From assembly GCF_004010195.1 (NCBI RefSeq), contig NC_057719.1, positions 81,638,340-81,699,544 on the forward strand: a stretch of 61,205 bases of DNA, given 5' to 3'. The DNA is from Chiloscyllium plagiosum. Lineage: Eukaryota. This document shows, piece after piece, positions 25,250-39,076 of the stretch. The position numbers were made by a program, and so were the translations under genes. The notes beneath the pieces are model-generated. The model saw only the letters and a list, made by a program, of their open reading frames with translations, was not told where the DNA came from and did not search any database. Each line of letters opens with the position of its first letter. Positions within the stretch are counted from its first letter, which is position 1.

Positions 25250-26170
25250 GGAAAAACAGAAGATAGGAGCAGGAGGAGGCCACTCGTCCCCTCAAGCCTG
25301 ATCTGCCATTCATCACGATCATTGCTGATTGTCCAACTCAGGAGTGTAACCCTGCTTTCTCCACATAATCTTTGATCCCAAATGCCCAAGTGCTATATCT
25401 AGCCACCTCCTAAATACATTCAATGTTGTGGCATCAAGTACTTTCTATGGTAATGAATTCCACAGGCTCACCACTCTGTGCGAAGAAATGTCTCCTCATC
25501 TCCGTCCTAAATGCTCCACCCTGAATCTTGAGACTGTGACGCCTGGTTCTGGTCACACCCATCATTGGGAACATCTTCCCTGTATCTACTTTGTCTAGTC
25601 CAGTTAGAATTTTAAAAGTCTCTGTGAGATCCCCCCTCATTTGTCTGAACTCCAGTGAAAATAATCCTAACCTAGTCAATCTCTCCTCATATGTCAATCT
25701 TGCCATCCTCTGACTCAGTCTGGTAAACCTTTGCTGAACTCCCTCAAGAGCAGGAGCACCCTTCCTCAGCAAAGGAGACCAAAACTGCACACAATATTCC
25801 AGGTGTGCTCTCACCAAGGCCCCAACTAACTGCAACAACACACCCCTGCTCCTGTACTCAAAAGCTCTTGCAATGAAAGGCCAACAAATCATTTGCCTTC
25901 TTTACCATCTGCTGCACCTACATGCTTATCTTTAGCGATTGGTACACTCCCCTCTCCCAATTTACAGCCATTCAGCTAGTAATCTACACTCTTATTTTTG
26001 TTTTCAAAGTGAATATCCTCACATTATCTGAATCACACTGCATTGGCCATTAATTTGCCCATTCACTCAACCTGTCTGTCCAGATCATCCTGAAGGATTT
26101 CTACATGCTCCCATCCAAGCTGGTATCATCTGCAAACTTTGAGATGTTACATTTCATTCTCTTATCCAAA
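25250..26170 (-). mobile_element. CR1 LINE 3' fragment
   Basis: LVRAHLEYCVQFWSP..GVQQRFTRL..RGDLTETFKIL, with KFADD at ~26130. Confidence 0.9.
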
Positions 26171-26199
26171 TCAATTAAGATGGGTTTACCAGGATAGTC

Positions 26200-27300
26200 C
26201 TCATAATGGATTTTGGGTACAAGTAAAAATTGGGGGTTATAAGGGGAAAAGCTGTGGACAGAAGATCTCCAGAGGAGATGAGGTCAGTGACAGTCGTTGA
26301 AACAAAGCATTGACTTTCAGGGCTGGGGTCATGGTCCGGGGGAGGGAGGATGAAATGTCTGAGATTTGGCCCTCTGTCCCTGGATGTGAGGGGTCAGTAA
26401 GCCAGCCAACAACAGGCACACCCCTGTCAGCCTGTTTGATAACAATGTTTGAATGAGACCAGAGGGAACAGAGCGCAGCAAGTTCAGAGAGAAAAAGATA
26501 GCTTACAGTAAGTGGGGGAACAACAAAGTTAAGACAGCCGAGATCACACAACCAGTTCTTAATGAAAAGATCAAGAACAGGCAAGAGGCCAGAGGAATAG
26601 GTACAAATGGAGAAAGAAAATTGGAGGCCTGTGAAAGAGTCTACTAGTTAAGGGAGGACTCCTTATTAAAGGAATAAATATGGAGGCAAAGGCAACTGAA
26701 CAAGAGCTCAAAATTGTGCTCAGCTTGAAATTCTTTGAAGTGGGGGTGAGTGTGGCAGAAATAAATAAAACTGATTGGACAGGATAGTCAGTGTTGGAAA
26801 GAGGAAGAGCAGAGCATATTGTGAATACACAGCAAGAGGTGAGATAAGAAGAGGAGATGGCGGTCAAAGAGAAGAGAAGGGGAAGTAAGATTTAGAAGGA
26901 TATTCCAGGTATTGGAACCTGTGTTCCCTAACATTTGAAAGGAAATTTTTATTTTCCTGAATAGTTTCATATGAGATTAAGGACCAGAACAACTACAAGA
27001 TAAAGTGAACCAGTGTTGCCAGAGGCAGAGGTGGAAAGTGCATATGTGATGATGCATGGTATTCAATGTGAATCTTAGGCTATAGGAAGAACAATTGACT
27101 CTGTGTTCAGGTGAATGGTGAAACAATCCTGGAGAGACTGACACCAAAAATCCTGGATGGATTTGAAACATTAGGGATAGAACTGCACTTGGATCCCATA
27201 TGGAATAAGCCAGAACTGGTGAACACCACTGAGGCACGAGATGTGGCTGCAAAAATGAGTTTCAGTAGTCACCTATTGAACATCAGCACAGAATTACATT
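26200..27300 (-). mobile_element. Decayed Penelope-like ORF (N-terminal/RT part)
   Basis: LSELAAL..NIVIKQADRG..VV corresponds to the IVIKPADKGGAVVV motif; upstream sequence is decayed coding-like. Confidence 0.65.
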
Positions 27301-28034
27301 TAAAAATTTTCATTTCGGTCATTTAGTGCCTTTCTCAATTTTGTATTTCGTATTAATTGAGACCTTTGGTGACAGTGTTGGGATGGGGAGGTGGTGTAGG
27401 TTTGGAGATCTGAAGTCCATGTGAAACATATCAGGTGATCAATTTGTGAGACTTGTGGTTCTGGAATCAGGAATTATTGACAAGTACTTTTAAATGGTCT
27501 TGTCAACTTTGATGTAAAAATTAGATGCTTTAGGATAGGTCAATTGTGATTAATTAGATGATGTGATTGATCATAGGACTCATCCTTTAAAGGCAAGTGA
27601 CCATTAAATTGACCAGCAGAAATACAGACACCTATTTCAGCTGGAATTTCATTGGCTCTGGCAGGTAATTTTATTAACTCTATGAGGAGCAATATTTATA
27701 AGTGGAATTTTAATGCATGATCGTTGATTTTATTTCATGGACGTTTTCAGTATTATTCGAAGGCTTTGAAGTTCTGCGTTTTAATTTGGTCCCTGAGTCT
27801 TCTAACCCTTTCCTCAGAATATTATTTATAGCTCTGCATACTTTGACTATTGCATACAATATTTACACTCACTTACTCTCAGCGATCTGAACCCCCCACA
27901 TACTAAACCTGGGTGGCCTCTGCACTTTCTACTCACTCACTCAGGACACCCTTCCCTCACCTACACCAGCACCAACAACTGTGCCAGCCATCTTTTTCTC
28001 ACTCAATCCTTTCCTTTGTCTCAATCCAGTACAG

Positions 28035-28560
28035 AAAGTAAAGAGTCAAAGACTGTGGTGCTGGGAAAGCACAGCCGGTCAGGCAGCATCTGAGGAGCAG
28101 GAGAGTCGATATTTCAGGCAAAAGCCTAAATCAGGAATGAGGGTTGTGGACCAAGAGGGCTGAGAGATAAATGGGAGGGGGGATGGGGTTGGGGAGAAGG
28201 TAGCTGGGAATGCGTTAGGTGGGGATGAAAGTGATAGGTCAGAGAGGAGAGTGGAGCAGATAGGTGGGAAGAAAAATGGACAGGTAGGACTGTTCAAGAG
28301 TGTCAGTGCCAAGTTGGGAGGTTGGGACTGGGATAAGGTGGAGGGGAAGGGAAATGGGAAAACTGGTGAAATCCACATTGATCCCATATGGTTGAAGTAT
28401 CCCAAGACGGAAGATGAGGCATCCTTTCTCCAAGCATCAGGTGGTTAGAGTTTGGCAATGGAGGAGGCCCAGGACCTGCATATCCTTGGCAGCGTGGGAG
28501 GGGGAGTTCAAGTGTTCAGATACAGGGCGACGGTGTTGTTTGGTTCGGATGTCCCAGAGA
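28035..28560 (-). mobile_element. Penelope-like 3' fragment
   Basis: EHLNSPSH..MQVLGLLH, LIFRLG.LQP.GINVDFTSF and terminal repeat. Confidence 0.85.
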
Positions 28561-28569
28561 AAAGATCCT

Positions 28570-29460
28570 GAGAAGACTATCTTTGTGCCCAACTGACAGT
28601 GCCCACTCAATTGGATGATGCTCTTGACTAACCATACACCATTCCTGACTGATGGCAACATCCCAATCCGCATTAAGACAAGGCCATTGGGTTGATGTAT
28701 GTGCAGTGAGTTTATTGAGTAGACCACTGGTCTTTCCTATTGGCGTGACAATGAGATAATGCCTGACAGCAAATTGTCCGTTTCCTTGACTGATGGATGC
28801 TAACAACCAGGTACAGCATCCTAGTTTTGTGGCTGTGCTGAACACCAAGGCAAGACAGTACTGTGAACCTTTACGTTCTGGCATGGTGTGGTGGTAGGGG
28901 GAACAAAGCACAAAATGGCAGGATGGAGATGCTGTGTACATCATAACAGGTGCAAAATGAGAGAGCGCAAGGAGATGGAGTGAGAAGCCCTGAGAAGCTT
29001 CTATGTCCAATTCAGTGAGCTGGGTGCTCACCCTGTGTACACAATATACCAGAAATAGCACTGCAATGAGGTGAGATGCTGGTGTGCTCCAAAGTGCAGC
29101 ACTGAGTGCAGAAACAAGCTGTAAGATGTTAGTGCTGAGTGTCCAAGGATTAGGTCAGGAGGTCTTCATGTTGGGAATTCTTGGCATCTTGATCTGTCTG
29201 GCAGGTGGGAGAACAAGATAGTGCATATTCATGAGGCAAGATTAGGCAATGCAAGGGTGATAATGAGCAATAATCCTCATTAAAAGGCTTCTCATCATTA
29301 ACTCATGAGAATGTCATCTCAGTGTCCACGTCATGGTTAGGAAAAAGAGACTTGTCAGTTCCAATGTTGAGAAAGGCCTCGCTTGACAAGTCACATGATT
29401 CTCCCAAATTTCTTGTCATAGGCCACGACGTTCAGGACTGGGAAAGATTCCACCTGATGC
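28570..29460 (-). mobile_element. Harbinger-like relic (Myb/SANT start)
   Basis: QLTELDIEAS and HHTMP resemble the APxFxxxDLExL start of Harbinger SANT proteins. Confidence 0.4.
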
Positions 29461-30959
29461 ATTTAACCTGAACCCTAGCCAAAGTTCAAAGTCTATGACT
29501 GTTCCAGAGTAAAGAATCCATGCAACTCTCCTACAATCTGATGCCCTGCAATGGTCTGCAGCAGTCAGATTTCAACTTAGCAACCCTGAACTTAAATTAC
29601 TCAAACAGTAGATGCATACCGCAAATAGATCGATCAGAATGGCACTGAATTCTGCAAGCTCTCATGTTTTGTTCACAAGATGGCGGACGAGTAGGGGGTG
29701 CTGACCTCATTCACTCCCATCGGCTTTCTATCTCTTTGCTTTTGCTCTATTTCTTCTTTTTCCTTCTCTTTAAAGCCTGGAAAGTGGTGGGTGTAAGAGG
29801 AGGCCTCCAGCGGCAGCAGCAGCAACAGCAGGATGAGTCAGGCACAGCTCCATGCCAGCCCAGGATCTCCTGGTGAGCAAGGAACAGGTTACAGGCTGAC
29901 TCCCTGGCCCAGACCTTCAGGCCAGGCAGAGGCTCCAGGTCTGCAGCTAGGCCCAGGTACCAGAAGGAAGAAAGTAGCGGTCTTGGCCCAGTGTGTTGGT
30001 GTTTTCCTGGTGTAGTGGTCTTATCCCCACGTGGAGGACTTCTTCGTCATCCCTGTCTAGGTATTTCAGGAGTGGTTGTCTTGGCCCAGACTGGCAGTCT
30101 TCTTCAGTGGACACTTCTGGTCTAGTATCCAGTGGCCCTAAATGGGGCAGAGGCGGGTCTCATCCCAGCCACATCTTCAGGGTATTCCAATGTCCCTGAA
30201 TCAGCTTTCCCTGAGCCCAGGAGCTGTTAACTGAACTGGGATAAACTTTGTCGTAATTTAACTTTTTTTTAATTATTATGTATGACTTCTATCATTGATG
30301 TAGGCACCCTGTTGGGGCGACTTATAAAATTTACCACTGTGTTTTTCATATAAAAGTAAGTGACAAAAATTTTTTATTCTATTCTATGCTGCATTCACAG
30401 CACATCATCATCCCTGTCATGGCTGTCCAATCCTTTCTATTTTTGATTACATTACAGAATTGGAACTAGTTAACTGTCCTCGTAAGTTGCAACCTTTTAG
30501 TTTTCAGATGAAAGAACACACACTAGCTAACAGACGGAATGTGAAAGAGGAAACTGCAGCTCCTCCTGCATTCTCTATATCAAATTTCCAGTTCCACCAA
30601 ACTTTCCCATCTCCACCGCCAACTGCAATTGTATGGGGTTAGCTCAGTCACAGGCAATGGAAGTCTGTGTTGTGCCTCTGTCACAGTGACCACCTGACCT
30701 AGAATAGAGAGCTGATTTGAGGAAAGCCCTTCAATTTCATCAGCCCCGTTTACTTCCTCTCTCTCTCACCACTGACCTGTGCCTCCCTGCCAGCCAAATG
30801 TGGGTGAGCGCTTGACCGTATTTTTGTTTTACTCATTCGAGGGATTTGCGTTTCTCTGGCTGGGCCTTTACAGCACATTTTCCCTGTCGCCCTAATTTTA
30901 ATGTTGTGGTCAACTATCCAGGTGGACATTTGGTCAATGCTTGCGGCCATCAACTGGAC

Positions 30960-32420
30960 ATCTTTACTGTTTGCCTACGTTAGCTCATTGGTCTTTCTCT
31001 TTCTGATTCTCCATGGGGTTGGCAACTCTTGCAGTCAGACTGAGTCACATGTTCATATGCCCGAGCTGTTGCTGCAATGGCTTCCATCATCATCAGCACT
31101 GGAGAACACAATATCTCTGAGAGCGCCTACACAAGACCATGTTTCCCTTTGATGCTCCACTAGTACCCACTAGTGGACGAACCCGGAGTGTCAGCTCAGC
31201 AGGACAGCGTTTCCTCAGACTATGGAGGGGACATATCATAGCCCTTTCTGCCTCAGCCTTTGCTCTTACACATTGGATCCTTGCTTCTTGTGATGTGCCA
31301 CCCTCTCCACCTCTGGTGCTGGACCCATTGAGTGTATCTGTGCCAGGGGAGGAATGAGCATTGGTTATGTGCCAGTGCTTCTCAGAGTATAACTTCATGG
31401 AGTAGGATTCAAACACCTCATCACTAACTTCACGTCTGGCAATGCTCCTGTGGGAAATACAAGACAATCATTATTAATGCACATGGCTAACAAAGATAGA
31501 TCAAGTCCTGGCATTTTCCTGATCATTAAATGTTTCATATCGGTGAACTTCACGACATATGTTGAAGGAAGTGTTGTATATTCTGTATATCAGGATTATG
31601 CAGAAAACCCCCTCTGTCCATCAGCAACAGTCTGGCACTGATACCACCCTATGAATGCCCACGACGTCTTCTCCTATTGCTGTCAAGATGGTCACCTCCC
31701 CTTTCTGAGGCCTGTCCTGAGAGATGCCTGCTCTCTTTTCTACTAAATGAGGAATTTGAAGAGTCAGGACTGTTGTGGAGTCAATGTTTGGTTGGGATGA
31801 GGCAGATGCAGTTCACTGTGGGACAGGGTTCACTTTACTGAGACGAAAGTGAGGACTGATAGTATCCTTGCTGTTTATGGATACTGAGAGACAAACCAAG
31901 GTAGAGATTCACATGTGTAGTCACAAACAGAATGGACAATGTGTGCTCAAGAAGGCTCTGGAGATGTGACAGTGACAGCTGTCATGAAACTTGGGTGGCA
32001 CTCACCTTGCCTGATCGCGAGGAACCTGAAATGGATTTCCTGAACTGGATCCACGTCCCACACACCACAATCCAGCTGTTCTCCTCCTTCTGTGACTCCC
32101 AGCCGCACCTGCTCGGATGAGGCTGACCAGACTCCTTCTGCCACCTCCTGGCAAGAACCCTTTTCTCCACTCTCATAAAAGCTTTGACATTCATCTCAAG
32201 TTGCATCCAGGAAACATAGCACTGCATTTGCCCTCTGACAGCCATTTCACTTCTTTCATGTCTACAGATTAGCTGCTTAACATGCACAGCGTTGCCAGTG
32301 CCAGTGCTGCCAATGTTCCTCGAAATGCTCAGCCCTTTTGTGCTTCTAACCTCACACCTAATCAGATATTAATCCCAGAGACAATTTCACAATTGGTTGG
32401 CTCTCTCAAATTCACCCAGG
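30960..32420 (-). mobile_element. Harbinger-like relic (Myb/SANT gene)
   Basis: QLEMNV..KRVL..W..TWIQFRKSI..RSGK resembles RTWxQCRKxFNDL. Confidence 0.55.
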
Positions 32421-32449
32421 AGACAGGTTACTTGAGATGTCGGTTGCTG

Positions 32450-32972
32450 ACTCAAACATGCTCCCAACTTTCCATCAAAAACTAAGTCCTAAGGTTCAGT
32501 GAATTACATCTACAAGGATCAGAACTATTCCTAGAGATTCATCCCAATTCAGGATTCTGAAGGCTAGATAGTATATGCAACAATATAAATTAAGCCTACA
32601 TTCAATGGAATATAAAACTTAAAGGGTGACCTGATTTTTATTATTGGAAGTTTGGAAGGAATTGAAAGGAAGGATAGGAGAAACTATTGGTTGGGAAGGC
32701 CTAAGACAAAGACAGCATCTCCCTAAACTCAGAGCCAAGGCATTCAGGAGAGAAGTTGAAAAACACTCCTTAACACAAAAGGGTAGTAGAAACATAGACA
32801 AGCAATAGACCAATTAAATCTCAATTCGATAGTTTTTAGTTATCAAAGAGTACAAAGAGATATAGAAACAAAGCAAGGAGATTGAGCTAGGAAATGGATT
32901 GAGCATAATCTCAGTGAATGATGGAAGAGACTTCGGAGGGGAAATGGTCTACTCAGGTTTCTTTGCTCTTAT
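32450..32972 (+). mobile_element. Old CR1 3' fragment
   Basis: Decayed RRFTR and FxQRVV regions plus 3' UTR. Confidence 0.6.
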
Positions 32973-33152
32973 GACTGTGCTTGAACATCCCCAATCGAGA
33001 GCTGGCTGCTGGGGATAATTATTGCTCAAAACACCCTGTATAGATACCCAAATAAATGTAAGTCAACTTTGAAATGCACAAGGCTTTTTTGAAGTATGTT
33101 TTCCTTTAACATGAAACTAAGCCTGGATTGGTTGCACTTCATTTCTCTTCAC

Positions 33153-33251
33153 CTGCCAATGGGTGAAGGTAGATCTCTCCAGCTGGATTGACAAATGAAA
33201 TCCCATCGTAGCCATTCGCTGTGATCCCATCAGCTAATGACGCATCACCTC
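33153..33251 (-). CDS. LTK: LTK exon: GGDASLADGITANGYDGISFVNPAGEIYLHPLA
   Basis: Translated by hand; GGxAS..DGxSFxxP motif. Acceptor ttttttcag, donor gtgaag; 99 bp, phase 1-1. Confidence 0.94.
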
Positions 33252-33487
33252 CTGAAAAAAATCACAGAAGCAGAGAACCTCAAACTTATTAGTCACACAG
33301 CAAATTAACTACATTTTCCTTGAAGGCAGCATTTGAAAAATGTCAGCCTTGCCTCAGTGGTAGCATTCCTACCGCTGAATCAGACCATCGTAAGTTCAAG
33401 CTCTCACTCTAATTACTTGAGCACCTAACCTGCGTTCAGTCAGTGCTATACCACTGAATATGCCATCTCTCAGACAAGGCAGCTTTC

Positions 33488-33993
33488 AATTCTGGTGTCC
33501 CTTCTAGAGAAAAAATGTTGTGTAATTTGAAAGGGTTCAGAAAAGAATTACAAGGATATTGCCCGGGTTGGAGGGTTTGAGCTATAGGGAGAGGCTAATT
33601 TTCCCCGGAGCTTAAGAGGCTGAGGGATGATCTTATAGAAGTTCAGAAAATCATGTATCAATAAGGTGAATTGCCAAGGTCTTTTCCCCAGGGTAGGTAA
33701 GTCTAAAACCAGGGGGCATAGGTTTAAGGTGAGAGAGGAAAGAATTAAAAGGGACCAAAGGGGCAACTTTTTCAAAAAGAGGATGGTGTGTGTATGGAAT
33801 GAGCTGTGAGAGGGAGTGGTGAGGCTGGTACAATTACAACATTTAAAAGGCATCTGGATAGGTACATGAATAGGAAGGGTTTAAGAGGGATATGGGCCAA
33901 ATTCTGGCATATGGGACTGGATTAATTTGGAATATTTGGTCAGCATGGAAGAGTTGGACTGAAGGGTATGTGTCCGTGCTGTATGTCCTATGG
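33488..33993 (+). mobile_element. HER1/CR1 3' fragment nested in a Deu-type SINE
   Basis: GAAAGGGTTCAGAAAAGAATTACAAGG..GGATATGGGCCAAAT 3' region. Confidence 0.85.
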
Positions 33994-34289
33994 CTTTTTC
34001 AGGTGGATGGTAAATTTCCTGTGGTATTATTTCGAAGAAGAACTGGGGGATGACATCCTGATGTCACCAGATTAACAGGCCGTCAGCTTGTTGCTGCACC
34101 TTGGCAATATTCTGCGGTTAAATTGCCTGCTTCATTTCCTACATTACAGCAATGATTATGCTTCAAAAACATTTAATTGGCAATGAGTTCTGAGGGTTAT
34201 TATGCATATCGTGTGGCCTGTCAGCTTCTCTTTTGAAGTTGGGCTTCTTTCTGCTCGGCTCCAGATTATTCAAAAACATTAATGTCATA

Positions 34290-34670
34290 AAATATAAGAC
34301 ATAGGAACAAAAGTAGGCCATTCAACCCATTGAATCTGCTCTGCCATTCAAGGAGATCATGGCTGATCTGATCATCTTTTCCTGCTTTCTCCCCCCCATA
34401 ACAATCGATTCGTTTCATGATTACAAATCTGTCTTTCTGAGCCTTGAATATATGTAATGAAGCAGCCTCAACAGTAGGAAACAGCCTCAGATTCACTATA
34501 TTTTGAGAAAATAAATTCCTCCTTATCTTTATCTTAAATGGGTGGCTCCTTACTCTAAAATGATGCCTCCTGGTGCTAGACTCTCTAAGAAGAGGAAACA
34601 ACCTTTCCCTATCTACCGTGTCAAGGTCCCTAAGAACTATTTCAATCAGGTGACCTCTCATTCTTATTAT
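34290..34670 (-). mobile_element. CR1 3' fragment
   Basis: RGHLIE..DRERLFPL..RRNLFSQ plus 3' UTR. Confidence 0.8.
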
Positions 34671-34851
34671 GTCCATATCATCAAGAAGATAGTTTGCCAG
34701 TGCACCTGGATAGAGATCTTGTGTTCATACTGGTTAGCCTCCTGCTCTCTAATTCCAAAGTTTTCAACAACATCTCAGCTTGTGAAGGTATATATTTACC
34801 AGCACTGAGGAAGGATCGGATCCCATAAAGCTAACTAGATAAAGAAAGAAA

Positions 34852-35172
34852 CAAAAACAGAAATTGCTTGAAAAGCTCAGCAGGTCTGGCAACATCTGTT
34901 TTGGGTCCTGTGGCCCTTCTTTAGAACTGACTGTAGCTAGGAAAATGTTGGTTTCCTATGCAGAAGATAGGATGGGGGGAGGGGCTAAGGAGTAGACGAT
35001 AGGTGCGGTTCTTCCAGCTTGCGCTGAGCTTCGCTGGAGCACTGCAGCAAGCCTGAGACAGAGATGTTGGCCAGAGAATATGGTGGTGTGTTGAAGGGAC
35101 AGGCTACTGGAAGCTCAGTGTTTTTTGTGAACAAAATATAGGTGTTCTGCGAAGTGGTCACCCAATCTACCG
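34852..35172 (-). mobile_element. Penelope-like fragment
   Basis: ELPVACPFN..SVSGLLQCSSEAQRKLEE GIY-YIG C-terminal region. Confidence 0.75.
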
Positions 35173-35559
35173 AAGAAGATAGGAGTGTTTCGAGCATTTC
35201 AGAAGGGTAACAAAAATAAAAAAATCGATGGGTCAGTTATCCCTCCCCCTTCCAGTTAGAGAACCATTTTTTTTGTTTCCAAGTCAGAGCTGCCACTCGG
35301 AAACAAGGTCACCTGAGGTGATCATCCCTGCACCTTTCTGAATCAGTCCAGATCCAGGTAAGAGTCCCATGCTGAAGGTTACAAGTCATGGCCAGAAATG
35401 GAATCCATTAACCTTCAGTGACGATGTTGGAAGAACTCACACTTTGAGGAACAACAGCTGTTTGAGGACCATTTGGGAAGAGTACAAGGCCTTGTTTTAA
35501 GCAAATAAGGAAAGTGAAAAAAAAACCATTTTGTGTATTTTTCACCCCGTCCCATGCCT

Positions 35560-36108
35560 TCTTGCCTAGGCGTTTGAGTATAGGAGTTGGAAAGTCGTGT
35601 TGAGGTTATACAGGTGAGGAACAATATTAGCAAGCTTGAGAGGGCTCAGAAAAAAATTTACCAGCATGTTGCCAGGAATGGAAGGAGAGGGAGAAGAATT
35701 ATAGGGAGAGGCTGTTAGACTGGAACCTTTCACTGGAGCTTAGTGTGGCCTTATAAAGATTTTTAAAATCATGATAATGTGAATGGCAGGTGATTTTTTT
35801 TTTCTCTATGGTGACGGTTTTCAAGACTCGGGGCATATTTTTAAGGAGAGAGAAGAAAGATTTGAAAAGGACATGAGGGGCAACTTTTTTTTTTACAGTC
35901 AGTGTGGAATGAACTGCCAGAGAAAGGTGATGGATATGGGTACAGTTACAATGTTTAAAAGATATTTCGATAAGTACATGAATTTGAAATGTTTGGAGGA
36001 ATACGTGCCAAGCGCAAGCAAGTAGAACTAGTTCAGTTTGGGATTATGGTCAGCATGAACTGGTTGGAGCAAAGAGTCTGTTTTCATGCTGTGTGATTCT
36101 ATAACTCT
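35560..36108 (+). mobile_element. HER1/CR1 3' fragment
   Basis: Decayed ORF2 end (ERFEKDMRGNFF) and 3' UTR. Confidence 0.8.
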
Positions 36109-36381
36109 TAGTCATTGTGAATTGATGTTTAAAATGTAATTGAAGAGGAAGATGCACAACTGCAAGGCATAGAGAAATGGGCAGAGAACAGATCATCATG
36201 ACTATTCTGAAGATTAGACAGAAATGACAAGGGTGGGGGTACAAATCCTTCATGTGATGGTGACAATGTGGAGGAGGTTAGTAGTTATTTCAGTTGGATA
36301 CAAACAACTTGTCAGAAAAGAATTTTTAATAACCAGTGAGCTGTAACATTACTTATTAAACTGACAATATAATACTGTCTG

Positions 36382-36572
36382 GGAGAAAATAAGGACTGCA
36401 GATGCTGGAGATCAGAATCAAAAAGTGAGGCATTGGAAAAGCACAGCCAGTCAGGCAGGATCCGAAGAGCAGGAGAGTCGATTTTTCGAGCATAGGGTCT
36501 TCATCAGAAATTTGACTTTCCTGCTCCTCAGATGCTGTCTGACCGGCCGTGGTTTTCCAGCACCACATTTTT
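36382..36572. mobile_element. Penelope terminal-repeat-derived inverted pair
   Basis: GGAAAAGCACAGCCAGTCAGGCAG..GAGCAGGAGAGTC followed by its near reverse complement GACTTTCCTGCTCCTC..GGTTTTCCAGCACCAC. Confidence 0.7.
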
Positions 36573-37044
36573 TGAATATAATACTGTCATTTATGATGAA
36601 CACATCTAAAGCATCTCAAAAATAAATCTGCACTGTACATGTCAACCTGCTGCACTGTTTTAATCATACAGGCCTGAATTCTTGTTTATTGTTTACCTTG
36701 CTTGTTCTTGTTTGCATTGCAATGTTGTTTGTTTGTTCAGAAAATGATGGTGATATCAACATTTGCCTTGCAGCATGATCTGTGTGTTCTGTGGGGCACC
36801 AAATTAAGTGGCACTTGGCTTCAAGTCCAAATAATCCATTGGAAACCAGGATAAAGACAGACCTACCATTCATTGCTGTCACAGGGGTTGGCCAAAATGG
36901 CTGCCAGCACTACAAAGGTAAACTGGGGATATTTGGATGGGAGCACCCAAGATAACTTGCTAATCAATTTGTAGATTTCAGAAAAATAAAGAACACTGGA
37001 CCTTAAAGTTTGAATGCAAGTAGAGATGGAAAAACACTATTCAT

Positions 37045-37404
37045 GGGTGGCATGGTGGCTCAGTGGTTAGCACTGCTGCCTCACAGTGCAAGAGACCCTG
37101 GTTCGATTCTAGCCTCAGGTGACGATCTGTGTGGAGTTTGCATATTGTCCCAGTGTCTGAGTGGGTTTCCTCTGGGTTTCCTCCCACAGTCTAAAGATGT
37201 GCACATTAGGTGGATTGCCATGAGGAAATTACCTATAATGTCTAGGGATGTGAGAGTTAGGTGGATGAGCCATGGAAAATGCAGGGGTACAGAGATAGTG
37301 GGGTGGGGGGGGGGGATGTGGGTCTGGGTGGAGTGCTCTTCGAAGGGTCAGTGTGGACTCAATGGGCTAAACAGCCTGCTTCCACGCTGTAGGGATTCTA
37401 TGAT
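37045..37404 (+). mobile_element. HE1-type V-SINE
   Basis: Same head and V-domain; tail GTAGGGATTCTATGAT. Confidence 0.88.
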
Positions 37405-37600
37405 CCCTCTATCTTCATGTACAACTCAAAGGTATCCCAAAGATTCATGTAAGCAAATAGGATACATTGGTCCTAAGAGATGGCCACTGGCCTGAAGGGG
37501 TAACTTTGATTTTCTCTCTCCACAAGTATTGTCTGACCTGCTGAATGTTTTATCTGTCGAAATTTCAGATTTTCAGCATCTGTATTGTTTTGTTTCATCA

Positions 37601-37894
<294 letters not shown>

Positions 37895-37944
37895 TCAATC
37901 AAGTCTGTCTTCTCCTTTTTATTCAGACGTGACTGCCCAAAGAC

Positions 37945-38600
37945 AAAGAAACAAAGAAAATAGAAGCAGGAGTAGCCATTTAGCCCTTTGAGCCTGCTCC
38001 ATGGCTGATCATCCAACTCACTACCCGGTTTCCACTTTCTCCCCATAACGCTTGATCCCCTTAGCCCTGAGATCTATATCTATCTCATTCTCGAAAACCT
38101 TCAATGTTTTGGCGTCAACCTCTCTATGTGACTGAGAAATTTGCAGACTCACTGCTCTGTGGGTGTCTTTCAACTCAGTTCTAAATAATCTACCCCTTAA
38201 CTTTAAACTATGACCCTGGTTCTGGACTCCCCAGTCATAAGGAACATCCTCCCTACTTTTACCTTGTCTACCTGTTACAATGTTATAGGTAGCAATGAGA
38301 TTTCACCAACACCACCACCACCCCCCAACTCACTGTTCTATAATCCATTGAATATAGTTTAAATTGCTTCAGTCTGTCATCATCCCACCATCCCAGGAAT
38401 CAGTCTGATAAACCTTTGTTCTCTCCATAGCAAGAATATCCCTCCTGAGATAAGGAGACCAAAACTGTATACAATACTCTAGGTGTGGTCTCACCAAGGC
38501 CCTGTACAATTGCAAAAGACACCTCTGTTCCTGTGCTCAAATCATCATACTATGAAGGCCAACGTACCATTTACCTTTTTCACCTCCTGCTGCACCTGCA
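37945..38600 (-). mobile_element. CR1 3' fragment
   Basis: Collinear with the 25250-26170 copy. Confidence 0.8.
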
Positions 38601-38919
38601 TGGGAAGGATGGAAAAAACCACCCACATGCAGCTTATGCTGGCTGCGCTTCAATTGAGACCTTATCAAGCAAATGTAATTGAGCTAACGCACCAAAGTTC
38701 TTTCAATGCCTTCCCACACCCTCTACCATCTTGGAGGTTAAGGACAACTGATGCATGGTTGCAAGTTCCCCTCCAAGCCATAGCGCAGCCTGGCTTGGAC
38801 CTTCTCTTTAAGGCTTTAGAAGATAATTGAACATCTCTAAGCAAAATATCTTTCAAGTTACCTGTTCTGGGAATTCTGGTGCTAGAAGATCACAAGTCTT
38901 TTTTTCTCCCTCCACTAAC

Positions 38920-39076
38920 CTGCTGCCCCTTGTTGTCCATTGTATCCAGACACTGACGTATCATTTTCATACTGCTCCACCATCAGATCATCCATTATGG
39001 CATCTGGGTCCTCCAAATACGCTTTACCACCACCGCCTGCAGCAATCAACAGTGGCACTGAAACCCCATTCTCCAT
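38920..39076 (-). CDS. LTK: LTK exon: [52 protein letters not shown]
   Basis: Translated by hand. [23 protein letters not shown] resembles fish Ltk. Acceptor acacag, donor gttagt; 157 bp. Confidence 0.95.
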
